Positions 13,017 through 23,142 of a stretch of 64,000 nt of DNA are shown one piece after another. A program made the translations under genes and the position numbers. This DNA is from Myxococcales bacterium (GTDB lineage Bacteria > Myxococcota_A > Polyangia > Polyangiales > DASUME01), in the NCBI GenBank assembly GCA_047601445.1, contig JASGJH010000001.1:6368001-6432000 (forward strand). The letters are read 5' to 3'. The notes beneath the pieces were generated by a model. That model was not told the DNA's origin, made no database searches, and was given only the letters and a program-made list of their open reading frames with translations. Position 1 is the stretch's first letter, and each line of letters starts with the position of its first letter.

Positions 13017-14170
13017 CGCGCGAACAGGCCGCGCTTTTTGGCCGGCACCGCGGCCACGTACACGAGCGGCACCAAGCTCTGGATGTCTTCGTAGACCTTT
13101 CCGCCGGGATCGGCCTCGACCAAGAGCTGTCCTTCGTTGATGGCCTTGATGACGCCCGGGTAGTCATTGCTCACCATGGCATCCACGCGGCGCCCGAGCG
13201 CGTCGGCGATGGCGGCCTCGGTGAGCTTCCCGCTGTTTCTGTAGCGGTTGATCACCAGGCGGATTTTCTCGGTCGGGTACTGGAGCTTCTTGAAGATGGA
13301 GAAGCAGTGACTCACGTTCTTCAGGGCCGGGATGTCCTGGGTCATGGTGCACAGCACCACGTCGGCCTGGTCGAGCGCGGTGAGAGACAGTTCGCGAAAG
13401 TCCCGGACGCCGTCGATGACCACGAAGTCGAAGTGCTCCCGCAGGAAGGCCAGGATGCGTCCGCAGTCTTCGGGATGGAGCTCCGCCGCTTCGCTGAGCT
13501 TGTCGGTCTGAGACAGCACGCTCAACCCGGTGCGATGCTGGGCCATGGCCTGCCGCAGCAGGTCGCTATCCAGGCGCGCCATGTTGTTCACCACGTCTTC
13601 GAACACGTACTTGGAAGAGAGGTCGAGAAACGTCAGCACGTCGCCCATCTCGGTGTCGAGGTCGACCACCGCGACCTTGGCCGGGTTCGGGCCCTTGGCT
13701 CCGATCAGCGCGCCGGCCAGGTTCAGGGCGATGGTGGTGGCGCCGCTGCCGCCCTTGCAACCGAACACTGCGATGACCTGGCCACGCATGCGGTGTGACG
13801 AAGGACGCGTGCTGCGGCGCGGCAGCTCACGCAGGGAACGCGCGACGTCCGGGTGCTTGGGCTCGAGGAACGCGAAGTCGCGAGCTCCGGCCCGCATGGC
13901 GCGCAGGATGTTCTCCGGATCCCGGTTGGTGGACAGCACGACGGTATGGCAGCGCGACGAGGCCAGCGTCCGCGTGAGCTCGAGGATGGCCGCGGGATGA
14001 TGATCCAGGAACAACAGCGCCACGTCCGGCACCGCCTCCTGCACGACTTGCTTTCCGCGCGCAGGGTCCGGCTCGATCGCGAGCACGTTGGCGAGGCCCG
14101 CGAGATCCTTCTCCAGGACGCCGGCTTCCGCACGACCACCAATCATCACCACGTTCACGCTTTGCTGCAT
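13001..14170 (-). CDS. cpaE: CpaE/TadZ (receiver-like domain + MinD-type ATPase)
   Basis: AMRAGARDF receiver-like end, deviant Walker A GCKGGSGATT, LVINRY. Confidence 0.9.
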
Positions 14171-14209
14171 GGCTTGCTCGATGTCTCCGACCCACGCTGA
14201 CGCGGGCTG

Positions 14210-15853
14210 CTAGTTGCGGATGAAGCCGATGGGACCTATTGGACCTTCGTGCGGGGCGATCGCGAGATCTGAACGCGGGTCGTGCACGGGCGTGGTGTGC
14301 TCGGCCTGGTCACGCTCGGGGGCCTGATTCGCATCGCGCTTGCCCTCCGTCGGGTAGGGCCACGAGGCGCTGGGATCCTCGGAGGGTGGACGCCCGTTTT
14401 TGTAGGATTTGCGCTTGTGCGTGGGGCTCTCGCCCATGATGAAGAGCTGGAAGTCGGTGGGGTCGTTGTACTCGTCTTCCCCGGGCAAGATCGGGACCTC
14501 GCCGGGTTGCAGCGGCTTCACCAGGTGCGCCGTGATCACCATCATCAGCTCGGTCTCCTGGCGCTGATATTGAGTGGACCGGAACAGCGTGCCGATAATC
14601 GGCAGGTCGCCCAGCCACGGCACCTTGGAGACCAGGCTGCGGGTTTGATCGGAGAGTAGGCCCGCCACCGCGAAGCTCTGGCCGTCGCGTAGTCTCACCG
14701 TGGTCTCGCTGCTGCGCGTGCGGAAGCCCGGCACCACGAAGCCACCGAGTGTCGAGCCCGACGACGGATCGGGTTCGCTGACCTCGAGGCCCATGCGCAG
14801 GCTCACCGTGCGCTCCCCGAGCACCGTGGGGCTGAACCTGAGCAGCACGCCGAACTTCTTGAAGTTCACGCTGACGTTGCCGAGCTGGCGTGCGATCAAG
14901 ATGGGCACTTCGCCGCCTGCGTGGAACTCGGCGTCCTGGCCACTGAGGGCGGTCAGGGTCGGCTCGGCCAGCACCTTGGCGAGACCCTCTTGCGAGAGGA
15001 TGCTCAGCATGGCGCTGAAGGGGAACTGCGAGTTGGCCGTGGAGAACAGCAGATTGAAGGCTTGCTGATGGCCTGCCTGCCCCAAGAACGGCGCCCCACC
15101 CGTGCCACCCGTGCCGGGTACATAGGCGTCGGGGCTGTGTGTAAGATAGGAGCCGGGCGCGGCACCGGGTGGCACGGCGCCGCCCACGAGTCCGCGCGCG
15201 CTGTCTTGCCACAGCATGTTGACGCCGATCTTGCGCAGGCCGGTCTTGGATACCTCCGCGAAGCGCACGTCGAGCTGCACCTGTTGATCTCCAGTCACCT
15301 GGATCAGGTTCGCCACCTTCTCGCTGTGCAGCTTGGCGACCTCGGCGGCGCGCGCGGGCAAGCGCAGATCCGTGACGCTGCCCGACAGCACGATCAGATC
15401 GCCCACCGCGCTGACCTGGATGTCGGTGTCGGGGAAGAGTCCCTTGAACTGCGCTCGCAGTTGATCGAGGTTGCGCGTGGCGCTCACCGCGACCACCAGG
15501 GGAACCTCCTTGGCACCCCACAAGATCAGATGCGTGAAGCCCACCGACTTGGCCGTGATCAACACCTGCTCGGGCGTTACGACCTGCACATCGGCCACGT
15601 TGGGGTCGGCCACCGACACGCGGATGATGGGCGTCGAGAGGCTCATCAGGCGGGTCTCGCCCACCTCCATGCCCACGTTCTTGTGGGACTCGGTGATGAA
15701 GTGGGCTTCGGGCGCTTGGGCGGCGGTCGTCATGCTTGTGAGCAAGGCGAGCGCGAGCACCAGCGAAAAGAGACCTGCACGGGAGGGGGATGCTTGCCGC
15801 AGGCCCAGGCGCGCGCGACGGTGGGGTCGCGAGGATGCGTTCGAGGTTCTCAT
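14210..15853 (-). CDS. cpaC: Tad secretin CpaC/RcpA
   Basis: RVSVADPNVADV, QVQLDVRFAEV, LAEPTL..LSG..A.F.AGGEVP, KVPWLGDLPIIGTLFRS; ATG at 15853 overlaps the cpaB stop. Confidence 0.93.
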   Translation of the reverse strand: MRTSNASSRPHRRARLGLRQASPSRAGLFSLVLALALLTSMTTAAQAPEAHFITESHKNVGMEVGETRLMSLSTPIIRVSVADPNVADVQVVTPEQVLITAKSVGFTHLILWGAKEVPLVVAVSATRNLDQLRAQFKGLFPDTDIQVSAVGDLIVLSGSVTDLRLPARAAEVAKLHSEKVANLIQVTGDQQVQLDVRFAEVSKTGLRKIGVNMLWQDSARGLVGGAVPPGAAPGSYLTHSPDAYVPGTGGTGGAPFLGQAGHQQAFNLLFSTANSQFPFSAMLSILSQEGLAKVLAEPTLTALSGQDAEFHAGGEVPILIARQLGNVSVNFKKFGVLLRFSPTVLGERTVSLRMGLEVSEPDPSSGSTLGGFVVPGFRTRSSETTVRLRDGQSFAVAGLLSDQTRSLVSKVPWLGDLPIIGTLFRSTQYQRQETELMMVITAHLVKPLQPGEVPILPGEDEYNDPTDFQLFIMGESPTHKRKSYKNGRPPSEDPSASWPYPTEGKRDANQAPERDQAEHTTPVHDPRSDLAIAPHEGPIGPIGFIRN

Positions 15854-16821
15854 TGCATGCCCTGGGTGCGAAGGGTTCGACTCTCGATCTGACCGCCGCG
15901 CAGGATCTCCACCACGGGTGCCGCCACGGCTGCGGGCGACTCGACCGGGGGAGGCGGCGGGGCCGAGTGGTGTTCTCGATAGGCGCGGCGTGGCTTCTCC
16001 GGCTCGGGCACGGGCATGGGCGCCGCGGCGGGGATATCGGAGGCCAACAGTTGCGCCGGACTGACGCCTGTGGTGTCCCGCGTCTCGCGATCCACGCGCG
16101 AACGCAGCGCGAGTTGTAGCTGTCCGTATTGAGACGCGAGCGCGAGCTTCTCGGACTCCGCGGGGGTCACGCCCAGCGTCACGACCTTGACGTTCACGGG
16201 TTTGCCACCCGGTTCGGTGGTGAGGTGCTCGCCCACGGCCAGCACGTGAACACTCTGCAAGATCAGCTTGGACACGTTGGCGGAGTCCTCGTTGCGCTGC
16301 TTCTTGGTCTCTTCGTCCGGGCGCATCGTGGTGATCACGTCCACGAAGTCCCCCGGTTGCACGAAGCCCGCCACGCCGACCGCGGCGTTGACCTCCACGG
16401 CCATGGCGCGCATTCCGTCCGCGAGTAGTGCGGCTAGCCCCTGGCCCTGCGCTTCGTCTGCCAGGCGCTCTTTGAGCACGGGCTCGCCCTTCACGAGGTC
16501 CTGCCTCAGGGTCTTCTCGAGCACCTCCTTCACGCTGGCGAAGGCCCCCTCGGGCACGTGGTTGGCGGGCCACTGCACGACCTTCAGGTGCTGCCCCTCG
16601 AGGCGCACTGCGATCGGGAGATCCAGCGCCGCGACCACCACGGGCGTGGTCTTGGGCGCGGCCTCCGAGAACGCAGTCGCCATCTCGTCCGTGTAGCGTC
16701 GGACCAGCATCACGGCGGTGCCACCGGCGACCACCGCGATCGCCAGGAACAACAGCGCGCGTGCGCGCGACCGTGCAGCCAGGCGCCCTTCGGGCGCGTC
16801 ATCTTCTCGTCTCAAGGTCAC
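15850..16821 (-). CDS. cpaB: Flp pilus assembly protein CpaB/RcpC
   Basis: VVVAALDLP (SAF domain), GMRAMAVEV, GVAGFVQPGDFVDV, LQLALR. Confidence 0.93.
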   Translation of the reverse strand: MTLRREDDAPEGRLAARSRARALLFLAIAVVAGGTAVMLVRRYTDEMATAFSEAAPKTTPVVVAALDLPIAVRLEGQHLKVVQWPANHVPEGAFASVKEVLEKTLRQDLVKGEPVLKERLADEAQGQGLAALLADGMRAMAVEVNAAVGVAGFVQPGDFVDVITTMRPDEETKKQRNEDSANVSKLILQSVHVLAVGEHLTTEPGGKPVNVKVVTLGVTPAESEKLALASQYGQLQLALRSRVDRETRDTTGVSPAQLLASDIPAAAPMPVPEPEKPRRAYREHHSAPPPPPVESPAAVAAPVVEILRGGQIESRTLRTQGMQ

Positions 16822-16844
16822 TCTCCAGCAGAAGGATCCTCGGG

Positions 16845-17336
16845 CTACTGCAGTTCCCAGCGCATTTGGCTGGTGGCGGAAAGTCCCTTGAGACTCTTGA
16901 AGGGACTCGAAAAGCCGGGCAGCGAATAGGTGAAGCCGGTGATGTTCTGAAACTGTCCGGGCACTGCGATGGTCACGCCCACGGTGCCCGCCGCGAAGGT
17001 CGGAGTGACCTTGGGGCAGTCCAGGCGACAGCCCGTGCCGAGTCCAGCCGCCGTCAAGTACTGCATGGCGGCGTTCTGTGCGGTGGTGGCCACGGTGGCT
17101 GCGTTGGGATCCACGGCGCCGCGACGAGCTCCCTCGCGCGCCGCATTGGTCATGGTGTTGACGACGAAGAAGAGATGGCCGAAGTCGATCATGCCGAGCA
17201 GCATCACGGTGAGCATCGGCAGCAGAATCGCGAACTCGAGCGCGGCAGCCCCACGCCGGGAGAGTCGAGCGCGTGCCGCGCGGGTGAGCCCGCCCGAGTG
17301 AGCTCGGGATGCCGCCGACGAGCGAGGTGAGGCCAT
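16845..17336 (-). CDS. tadE: TadE-like pseudopilin
   Basis: RRG/AAALEFAILLP...IDFG...NAAREGAR. Confidence 0.9.
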   Translation of the reverse strand: MASPRSSAASRAHSGGLTRAARARLSRRGAAALEFAILLPMLTVMLLGMIDFGHLFFVVNTMTNAAREGARRGAVDPNAATVATTAQNAAMQYLTAAGLGTGCRLDCPKVTPTFAAGTVGVTIAVPGQFQNITGFTYSLPGFSSPFKSLKGLSATSQMRWELQ

Positions 17337-17337
17337 C

Positions 17338-17511
17338 TCAGTTGCTCACCAGGCGGGCGACCATCGCGAACAGCGCGGAGGTGGCGGCTCCCACCTTGCC
17401 GGCCGACGCGATGATGACGACGAAGATGGTGGCAGCGATCAGGGCGTATTCGATGGAGGTCACGCCGTGACAGTCACGCAGCAGGGTGCGCCACGCGAAC
17501 CCGTGCCTCAC
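17338..17511 (-). CDS. flp: Flp pilin, second copy
   Basis: HG/VTSIEYALIAA Flp motif; start uncertain (GTG at 17511, frame open to 17679). Confidence 0.8.
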   Translation of the reverse strand: MRHGFAWRTLLRDCHGVTSIEYALIAATIFVVIIASAGKVGAATSALFAMVARLVSN

Positions 17512-17693
17512 CAGGTCGGGCTGCGAAGCTCGGGCTTCCTGCGAGCACGTCGAGAGCTCGTGCTCCGACGTCGACTGCTTCTCTTGTGACCAGGACGAGC
17601 CCACTTGTACGCCCTCCCCATGGCTGCACTTCGGACACGGCTCACACCCTGCTCGCTGCGCCCGCTGCTCGGCGTTCACGCCGGCGCGCGGGA

Positions 17694-17716
17694 ACCGCCG
17701 CCCTTGCGGGGGCGGT
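17694..17716 (-). terminator. GC-rich hairpin with GCAA loop right after the first flp
   Basis: Minus strand ACCGCC-CCC-GCAA-GGG-C-GGCGGT; only two U residues follow, so it may be a stabilising hairpin rather than a terminator. Confidence 0.5.
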
Positions 17717-17719
17717 CGT

Positions 17720-17902
17720 TCATTGACCAGCCGCTTGCATCTTCTGGCCGACGTTGTTGAGCGTGTTGTTGGCGCTCTGACCTGCGAGCGTGGCGCCCGC
17801 GATGATGACCACGGCGATCAATGCGGCGATCAGCGCGTACTCGAGCGCGGTCACACCTTCTTCACGTTCCCTGAACTTGACGAGCAGACTCTTGAAAACC
17901 AT
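17720..17902 (-). CDS. flp: Flp pilin, probable major pilin
   Basis: REEG/VTALEYALIAALIAVVII; SD AAGGAG upstream of ATG 17902. Confidence 0.93.
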   Translation of the reverse strand: MVFKSLLVKFREREEGVTALEYALIAALIAVVIIAGATLAGQSANNTLNNVGQKMQAAGQ

Positions 17903-18341
17903 GTCGGGTCTCCTTGCATGCGCCTGAGTCTGCAAGGTCGAGCCCGCAGAACCATGTCACGCTGATGCCAACGATTACACGCGATCTGCGCGCGACCTCG
18001 CAATGGGGGAAAAGCGTGTGTGCTTCGGGCGCAGATTCGCAATTGGGTCATGCGGATCTGAGTGTTCGCGTGTCACGGTCTCAGGCGATTCCAGTCTCGA
18101 CATGCTCAGGTTCGCGCCGCACTTCGGGCGTGCAGGCCGCGCTCGTCAAGTCTGGTTGCCTTCCCGACCATGGACACACGCGAACGCGCTGCGCAACGTA
18201 CGCGTGCACGCGCAAAATCCAGTGCATACCGTGAGCAAGGTCAAAGCGAACGACGTGCAAACGCAAAAAGAGCGCGGCTCGCGCAGGGCAAACGCAAACA
18301 AAGCGCGGCGCGCGCCAGATCCGCGCGCGATCAGCCTGCGA

Positions 18342-19316
18342 TCAGAGCGAGTCGAACAGCTTGAACAGCGACGGCGTCGCGTAGCCCGGCCACGCGTGGT
18401 AGCCGCCACTGGGCTTGCAGAACACGACCGGCGCCTTGCCCGTGTACTTCGTGCACGGGTTGGGGGCGTCGTAGGCGCTCGGGTTCGAGGCTCCGTTGAT
18501 CGTCAAGAACATGTCGCGGGTGTGCTCGCCCGATGGCAGCGGCTCGGCGGGATCCATGTCGAAGTGATTGATCCAGGCAGCCACCGGGGCCTTGCAGTCC
18601 TTGGGATTCGCCTGGGTTCCACCCTCGATGGACGCGAAGCCGCGCACCGTGCCGCCGCGCCAGCAAGCGATGGAGCTCGCCATCCAGCCGCCCCAGCTAA
18701 AGCCTGCCGTGAACACACGCTTGGTGTCGAAGCAGTAGCTCTCGTTCATCACCTTGAGCACGGCGTCGAACATCAGCGCGTCGGTGCCATTCATGTCGGC
18801 GTCGGTCCATTGTCCGTTCAAGCCGTCGGGGAACACCGTGAGCGCGCTCTGTTCGATCTGCGTCTGCCCCACGAGCTGGGCGCCATTGCCGCCTGAACCG
18901 TGGTAGGCGAAGAAGAGCGACCCGGGCTTGCTCTTGTCGTAGCCACCGGGGACCACCACCACGTAGGTTCGCTTGTTGGCCCCCACCTGCACGGAGCCGG
19001 TGGACATCCCCGCGGTCACCGACTTGCCGCAGCCCGCGCTGGCTGTGGCGCTCGCAGGTTTGGTGCCGGCGTCCGACGGCGGCTGCGCTGCGGCGTCATG
19101 CTCCATCGGGCCCGACGCTGCGTCGTGCGCACCGACTTGCGCATCGCCGTGGTTGCCCCCGGCATCGAGCGGGGCACCGCCCGAGTCGAGCAGTGACCCG
19201 CCATCTGCACTCGGTGAGGTATCACCGACGCAGCTACTCGACGCGCACGAAGCAGACAGCAACAGGAGGCCTGACCAGGGCAGGCCGCAGGAGCGAGCGA
19301 TCATGGGGCCGAGCAT
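18342..19316 (-). CDS. secreted alpha/beta hydrolase (PHB depolymerase / feruloyl esterase-like)
   Basis: RTYVVVVP, YHGSGG, GFSWGG nucleophile elbow, C-terminal GYHAWP; DAG-rich linker after the signal region. Confidence 0.75.
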   Translation of the reverse strand: MLGPMIARSCGLPWSGLLLLSASCASSSCVGDTSPSADGGSLLDSGGAPLDAGGNHGDAQVGAHDAASGPMEHDAAAQPPSDAGTKPASATASAGCGKSVTAGMSTGSVQVGANKRTYVVVVPGGYDKSKPGSLFFAYHGSGGNGAQLVGQTQIEQSALTVFPDGLNGQWTDADMNGTDALMFDAVLKVMNESYCFDTKRVFTAGFSWGGWMASSIACWRGGTVRGFASIEGGTQANPKDCKAPVAAWINHFDMDPAEPLPSGEHTRDMFLTINGASNPSAYDAPNPCTKYTGKAPVVFCKPSGGYHAWPGYATPSLFKLFDSL

Positions 19317-19394
19317 TTCCTACGCTGGGTCATCCTGCAAACTGCCCTCCTTCCCGCACGCGACAGCCTGTAAACAGCCGCTACACTGCGCCCC

Positions 19395-20207
19395 GTGCCA
19401 GAAAGCTCCGCTCTGCGCGAAGCGCTCGCGGGCTTCCCCGCCCGCCGCGGCGGCCCCCGCGCCATCGCGGCCCGCGCAAGACTCGTCAGGGTCCTGTTCA
19501 GCCCTCGCGGCGCGCGCAAGCTGCCCTCTCAGACCGAACTAGACCGCGCGCTACGCGCGATCTCCGAGCCCGACCTCGCCTGGCTGTGCGAGTTTTCTCC
19601 GCTCGCGCCGCTCTACTTCCTGCCCACGCGCCCCTTCGTCACCCGGCTCGCCGCCACGCTGCGCGAGCTCGGCGCGCGTCGCGTGCTCGAGGTGGCCGCA
19701 GGCGACGGCTTCCTTGCGCGCTCCCTGGCTGCGCACGCCCCGGATCTCGAGGTCTTCGCGAGCGACTCGGGGGCCTGGGAAGATCCCCAGGCACGCATGA
19801 CGCCCGCAGAACGCCGCCGCTTGCGCGGGCAGAGCGTGCCAGGCCTGCGCCTGGGCGGTGAGGTCGCGCGGCTTTCTGCGCGGGCGGCCATCCGCAAGTT
19901 TCAGCCGGACCTTGTGCTGTGCGCCTGGCTGCCTCCCGGCAACCTGCTCGACACCTTGATCCGCGCACAAGTCAGGCACGTGCTCGAGATCGGGGCCGGC
20001 CACGGCGTGACGGCAAGTGCCTACAGTTGGCGCTTCGCCCACGAATTCCTGGAAGGCTCCCTCGCCGCCCGCGCGCGCTGCAGGTTGGACGATCAGCCCG
20101 AAAACACGCTGCATTCGCGTATCACGCTCTACTTCGGCCGGGCCCACCCGGAATACTTCGAGGAGCGCGTGCGTCCTGGAGACTGGCTGTTTCAGTTCAA
20201 GCCCTGA
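19395..20207 (+). CDS. class I SAM-dependent methyltransferase-like protein
   Basis: RVLEVAAGDGFLA motif I, DLVLCAWLPP. Confidence 0.65.
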   Translation: MPESSALREALAGFPARRGGPRAIAARARLVRVLFSPRGARKLPSQTELDRALRAISEPDLAWLCEFSPLAPLYFLPTRPFVTRLAATLRELGARRVLEVAAGDGFLARSLAAHAPDLEVFASDSGAWEDPQARMTPAERRRLRGQSVPGLRLGGEVARLSARAAIRKFQPDLVLCAWLPPGNLLDTLIRAQVRHVLEIGAGHGVTASAYSWRFAHEFLEGSLAARARCRLDDQPENTLHSRITLYFGRAHPEYFEERVRPGDWLFQFKP

Positions 20208-20250
20208 AGACGAAACCTGATATCTTCTCGGCCGGGAACTGTGAAGCGAG

Positions 20251-20303
20251 GGCACTTCGTGAGCGAAGCGAACCTCGTGGTGGGGTGGTCCCGGCGCGGC
20301 TTT
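20251..20303 (+). repeat. dispersed intergenic repeat, copy 2
   Basis: GGCACTTCGTGAGCGAAGCGAACCTCGTGGTGGGGTGGTCCCGGCGCGGCTTT. Confidence 0.8.
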
Positions 20304-20357
20304 GCCGCAAGGGGCGGGGAGGTCGCGTGACCTCCCCGACAGACGGAGGCGCGCTAG

Positions 20358-20906
20358 GTGGGCTTGCATCAGTTCTTCATCTATTGTGCGGTGGGTGGCG
20401 GCGCGCTCTTCCTGGTGCAGCTGGTGCTGTCCATGCTGGGTGCGGGCGACGCGGACATCCCGAGTGCGGATCATCCGCCCACGGGCCACTCGTCCACGGA
20501 CACCTCGTTCAAGATCCTCTCCCTGCAAGGGCTCACGGCGTTCTTCGGCATGTTCGGCCTGGTCGGCCTCGCGCTGCAGGACGAGAGCAAGGCCGGCCCC
20601 ACGGTGTCGGTGCTCGGCGCACTGGCGGCGGGCTCCTTCAGCACCTGGGTCATCTCGCGCATCTTTCGCGCGGCCCACTCGCTGCAGTCGAGTGGCACCC
20701 TCGACCTGAGCAAGGCCGTGGGCAGCACGGGCACCGTGTACCTGCGCATCGCGCCCGACAAGCCCGGCAAGGTCACCTTGAACCTGCACGGTCGCCTGGT
20801 GCAGCTCGACGCCGTGACTACCGTGGAGACGCTCGAGACCGGCAGCGAGGTGCGCGTGGAGCGCGTGCTCGCCGATGGCACGGTCAGCGTGCTCAAAGCT
20901 TCCTGA
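20358..20906 (+). CDS. NfeD-like (YuaF-type) membrane protein
   Basis: Hydrophobic N-terminal half, C-terminal OB-fold pattern VGSTGTVYLRI...GKV...; upstream of flotillin. Confidence 0.85.
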   Translation: MGLHQFFIYCAVGGGALFLVQLVLSMLGAGDADIPSADHPPTGHSSTDTSFKILSLQGLTAFFGMFGLVGLALQDESKAGPTVSVLGALAAGSFSTWVISRIFRAAHSLQSSGTLDLSKAVGSTGTVYLRIAPDKPGKVTLNLHGRLVQLDAVTTVETLETGSEVRVERVLADGTVSVLKAS

Positions 20907-20966
20907 AGTGCTGCGCGGGGCGCGCCGCCGCCCCGATCCCTCGAACAAGATGGACTGGAGGACCCG

Positions 20967-22427
20967 TTGATTTCTGCAGAAATGTTCGGCCTATGGGCCG
21001 TGGTGGTGATCACCTTCGTGGTGCTCGTAGTGGCCACCCTGATGTTCTTGGCCGCGCGCTACAAGCGTTGTCCTTCGGACGCCGTCTTGGTGGTGTTCGG
21101 TAAGGTCGGCGAGGGCCAACACGCCAACTGCATCCATGGTGGCGGCGCCTTCATCTGGCCGCTGATCCAGGACTACAAGTATTTGAGCCTCACGCCCATG
21201 TCGATCGGCATCGACCTGCGCAACGCCCTCTCGCTGCAGAACATCCGCATCAACGTGCCCAGCACGTTCACGTGCGGTGTGAGCACGCTGCCGGCCATCA
21301 TGAACAACGCCGCCGAGCGTCTGCTCGGCCTTAACTCCCCGCAGATCGAGGAGATGGCCCGCGAGATCATCTTCGGCCAGCTGCGCCTCACGGTGGCCTC
21401 GCTCACCATCGAGCAGATCAACCAGGATCGCGAGAGCTTCCTGGACTCCATCCGCAAGAACGTGGAGCCCGAGCTCAACAAGATCGGCCTCTACCTCATC
21501 AACGTCAACATCACCGACATCACCGATGAGTCGAACTACATCGACAGCATCGGCAAGAAGGCCGCCTCCGAGGCCATCAACCGCGCCCGCGTGGACGTGG
21601 CCGAGCAGGAGAAGATCGGCGCCGTCGGTCAGTCGGTGGCGCAGCGCGATCGCGAAGTGCAGGTGGCGCAGAACACCGCCGAGGCTGCCAAGGGCCAGAA
21701 GGCCGCCGACGCCGAGCGCCGCGTGTTCGTGCAGCAGCGTGAAGCCGAGGCGGTGAGCGGCGAGAACGCGGCCCAGGCCAGCATCGCCAAGAGCACCGCC
21801 GAGCTCAACGTGCAAAAGGCCGAGGCCCACAGGGTGGCCGAGGTCGCGCTGCGCGAAGCCCAGGTGCAAATCCAGAAGATCGAGGCCCTCGCGGAGAAGG
21901 AGCGTCTCACGGCGAGCGAGGTCGTGCGTCAGGAGATCGAGCGGCAAAAGGCCGAGATCCTGGCGGCTGCCGAGGCCGAGCAGACGCGCCTGCGCGCGCG
22001 CGGTGAAGCCGACGCGGTGCGGGCCCGCTATGACGCCGAGGCGGAGGGCGTACGCAAGGTCCTGCAGAGCAAGGCCGAGGGCTATCGGGCGCTGGTGGAG
22101 AGCTGCAACGGGGATCCGCGCGCGGCCGCTTCGCTATTGATGATCGAGAAGATCGAGGAGCTGGTGAAGGCCCAGGTCGAGGCCGTGAAGAACCTCAAGA
22201 TCGACAAGGTCACGGTCTGGGACGGCGGCGCTGGCGGACACGCCAACGGACAGGGCTCCTCGGCCACCGCCAACTTCGCCAGCAGCTTGATCAAGAGCCT
22301 GCCGCCGCTGCACGAGGTGGCCAAGATGGCCGGTGTGGAGCTGCCCGAGTACCTCGGCGAGATGCTGCCCGAGCGCAAGGGTGAGCCCGTCGTGGCCGCG
22401 CCGCCGAGCCCCAACGGCGCCGCTTGA
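20967..22427 (+). CDS. flotillin / SPFH-domain protein
   Basis: N-terminal TM, GGGAFIWPLIQ, GQLRLTVASLTIEQINQDR, AEA-rich coiled coil, IDKVTVWD. Confidence 0.92.
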   Translation: MISAEMFGLWAVVVITFVVLVVATLMFLAARYKRCPSDAVLVVFGKVGEGQHANCIHGGGAFIWPLIQDYKYLSLTPMSIGIDLRNALSLQNIRINVPSTFTCGVSTLPAIMNNAAERLLGLNSPQIEEMAREIIFGQLRLTVASLTIEQINQDRESFLDSIRKNVEPELNKIGLYLINVNITDITDESNYIDSIGKKAASEAINRARVDVAEQEKIGAVGQSVAQRDREVQVAQNTAEAAKGQKAADAERRVFVQQREAEAVSGENAAQASIAKSTAELNVQKAEAHRVAEVALREAQVQIQKIEALAEKERLTASEVVRQEIERQKAEILAAAEAEQTRLRARGEADAVRARYDAEAEGVRKVLQSKAEGYRALVESCNGDPRAAASLLMIEKIEELVKAQVEAVKNLKIDKVTVWDGGAGGHANGQGSSATANFASSLIKSLPPLHEVAKMAGVELPEYLGEMLPERKGEPVVAAPPSPNGAA

Positions 22428-22561
22428 GCTGTCCCTCGAGCTCGCGCGCTCACGCGCCCGGTGAGCTCTCCCACAGGAACGGTGTCATCGACTCACCCGG
22501 TGGCGCCGGTCACACAAAAAAGTTGCACTAGCAGTAGGATCTTGGTCGCCGATGTGGGACG

Positions 22562-23059
22562 ATGCCGTCCATGCCGACCCCCCGTTCCTTGACCTACGAC
22601 TACGCTTCGAACCCCGATGAAGTCTTTGCTTTGCTGCGCGACCCCGAGTTCCTTAAGCGTCGCTGCGAGGCTGCCGGTGAGAGCAACGTCGACATCCAGA
22701 TCAGCGAGACCGGCGACGGCGTACGCGTGATCACCGCCCGCGACAAGGCCGTGGACCTGCCCTCGTTCGCCAAGCGCATGTTCCAGCCCCAGAACCGCAT
22801 CGTGGAGAACACCACCTGGCGCCGCCAGGGGGACCGCTGGGTGGCCGAGTACGCCATCGAGATCAAGGGCATCCCCGGCGAGGTGCGCGGCCGCAGCACG
22901 CTGGCTCCGAGCCCCATGGGCTGCCGCTACGAGACCCGCTTCGAGGTCACCGCGCGTATCCCGGTCGTGGGTGGCAAGCTCGAGGGCTTCGTGGCCGAGC
23001 GCATCGAAGAGCAGCTTCGCACCAACGCCGAGCGCAACGACGCACAGCTCAAGAGCTGA
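22562..23059 (+). CDS. DUF2505 / SRPBCC-like protein
   Basis: Y...PDEVF.LL.DPEF and IPVVGGKLE motifs. Confidence 0.75.
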   Translation: MPSMPTPRSLTYDYASNPDEVFALLRDPEFLKRRCEAAGESNVDIQISETGDGVRVITARDKAVDLPSFAKRMFQPQNRIVENTTWRRQGDRWVAEYAIEIKGIPGEVRGRSTLAPSPMGCRYETRFEVTARIPVVGGKLEGFVAERIEEQLRTNAERNDAQLKS

Positions 23060-23142
23060 GCACGTCGACCATCGCGCCGCTCCGTTTTTGTGGCTCGCGA
23101 GGCGGAACCTCCCGCTTCGACCGGGCACAATGATCGAAGCCC

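Noticed and set aside
14210..16573. 787-aa secretin with a long N-terminal extension
   Set aside because: The extension overlaps cpaB out of frame; ATG 15853 overlapping the cpaB stop is the more plausible start
17925..17975. sigma-54 promoter upstream of flp
   Set aside because: TGGCAT is not followed by GC at the right spacing; the alternative GG-N10-GC lacks the TGGCAC context
18280..18340. c-di-GMP-I (GEMM) riboswitch suggested by CAGGGCAAAC
   Set aside because: Lacks the GAAA-capped stem and following GACGCAAA, and points away from flp towards a convergent gene end
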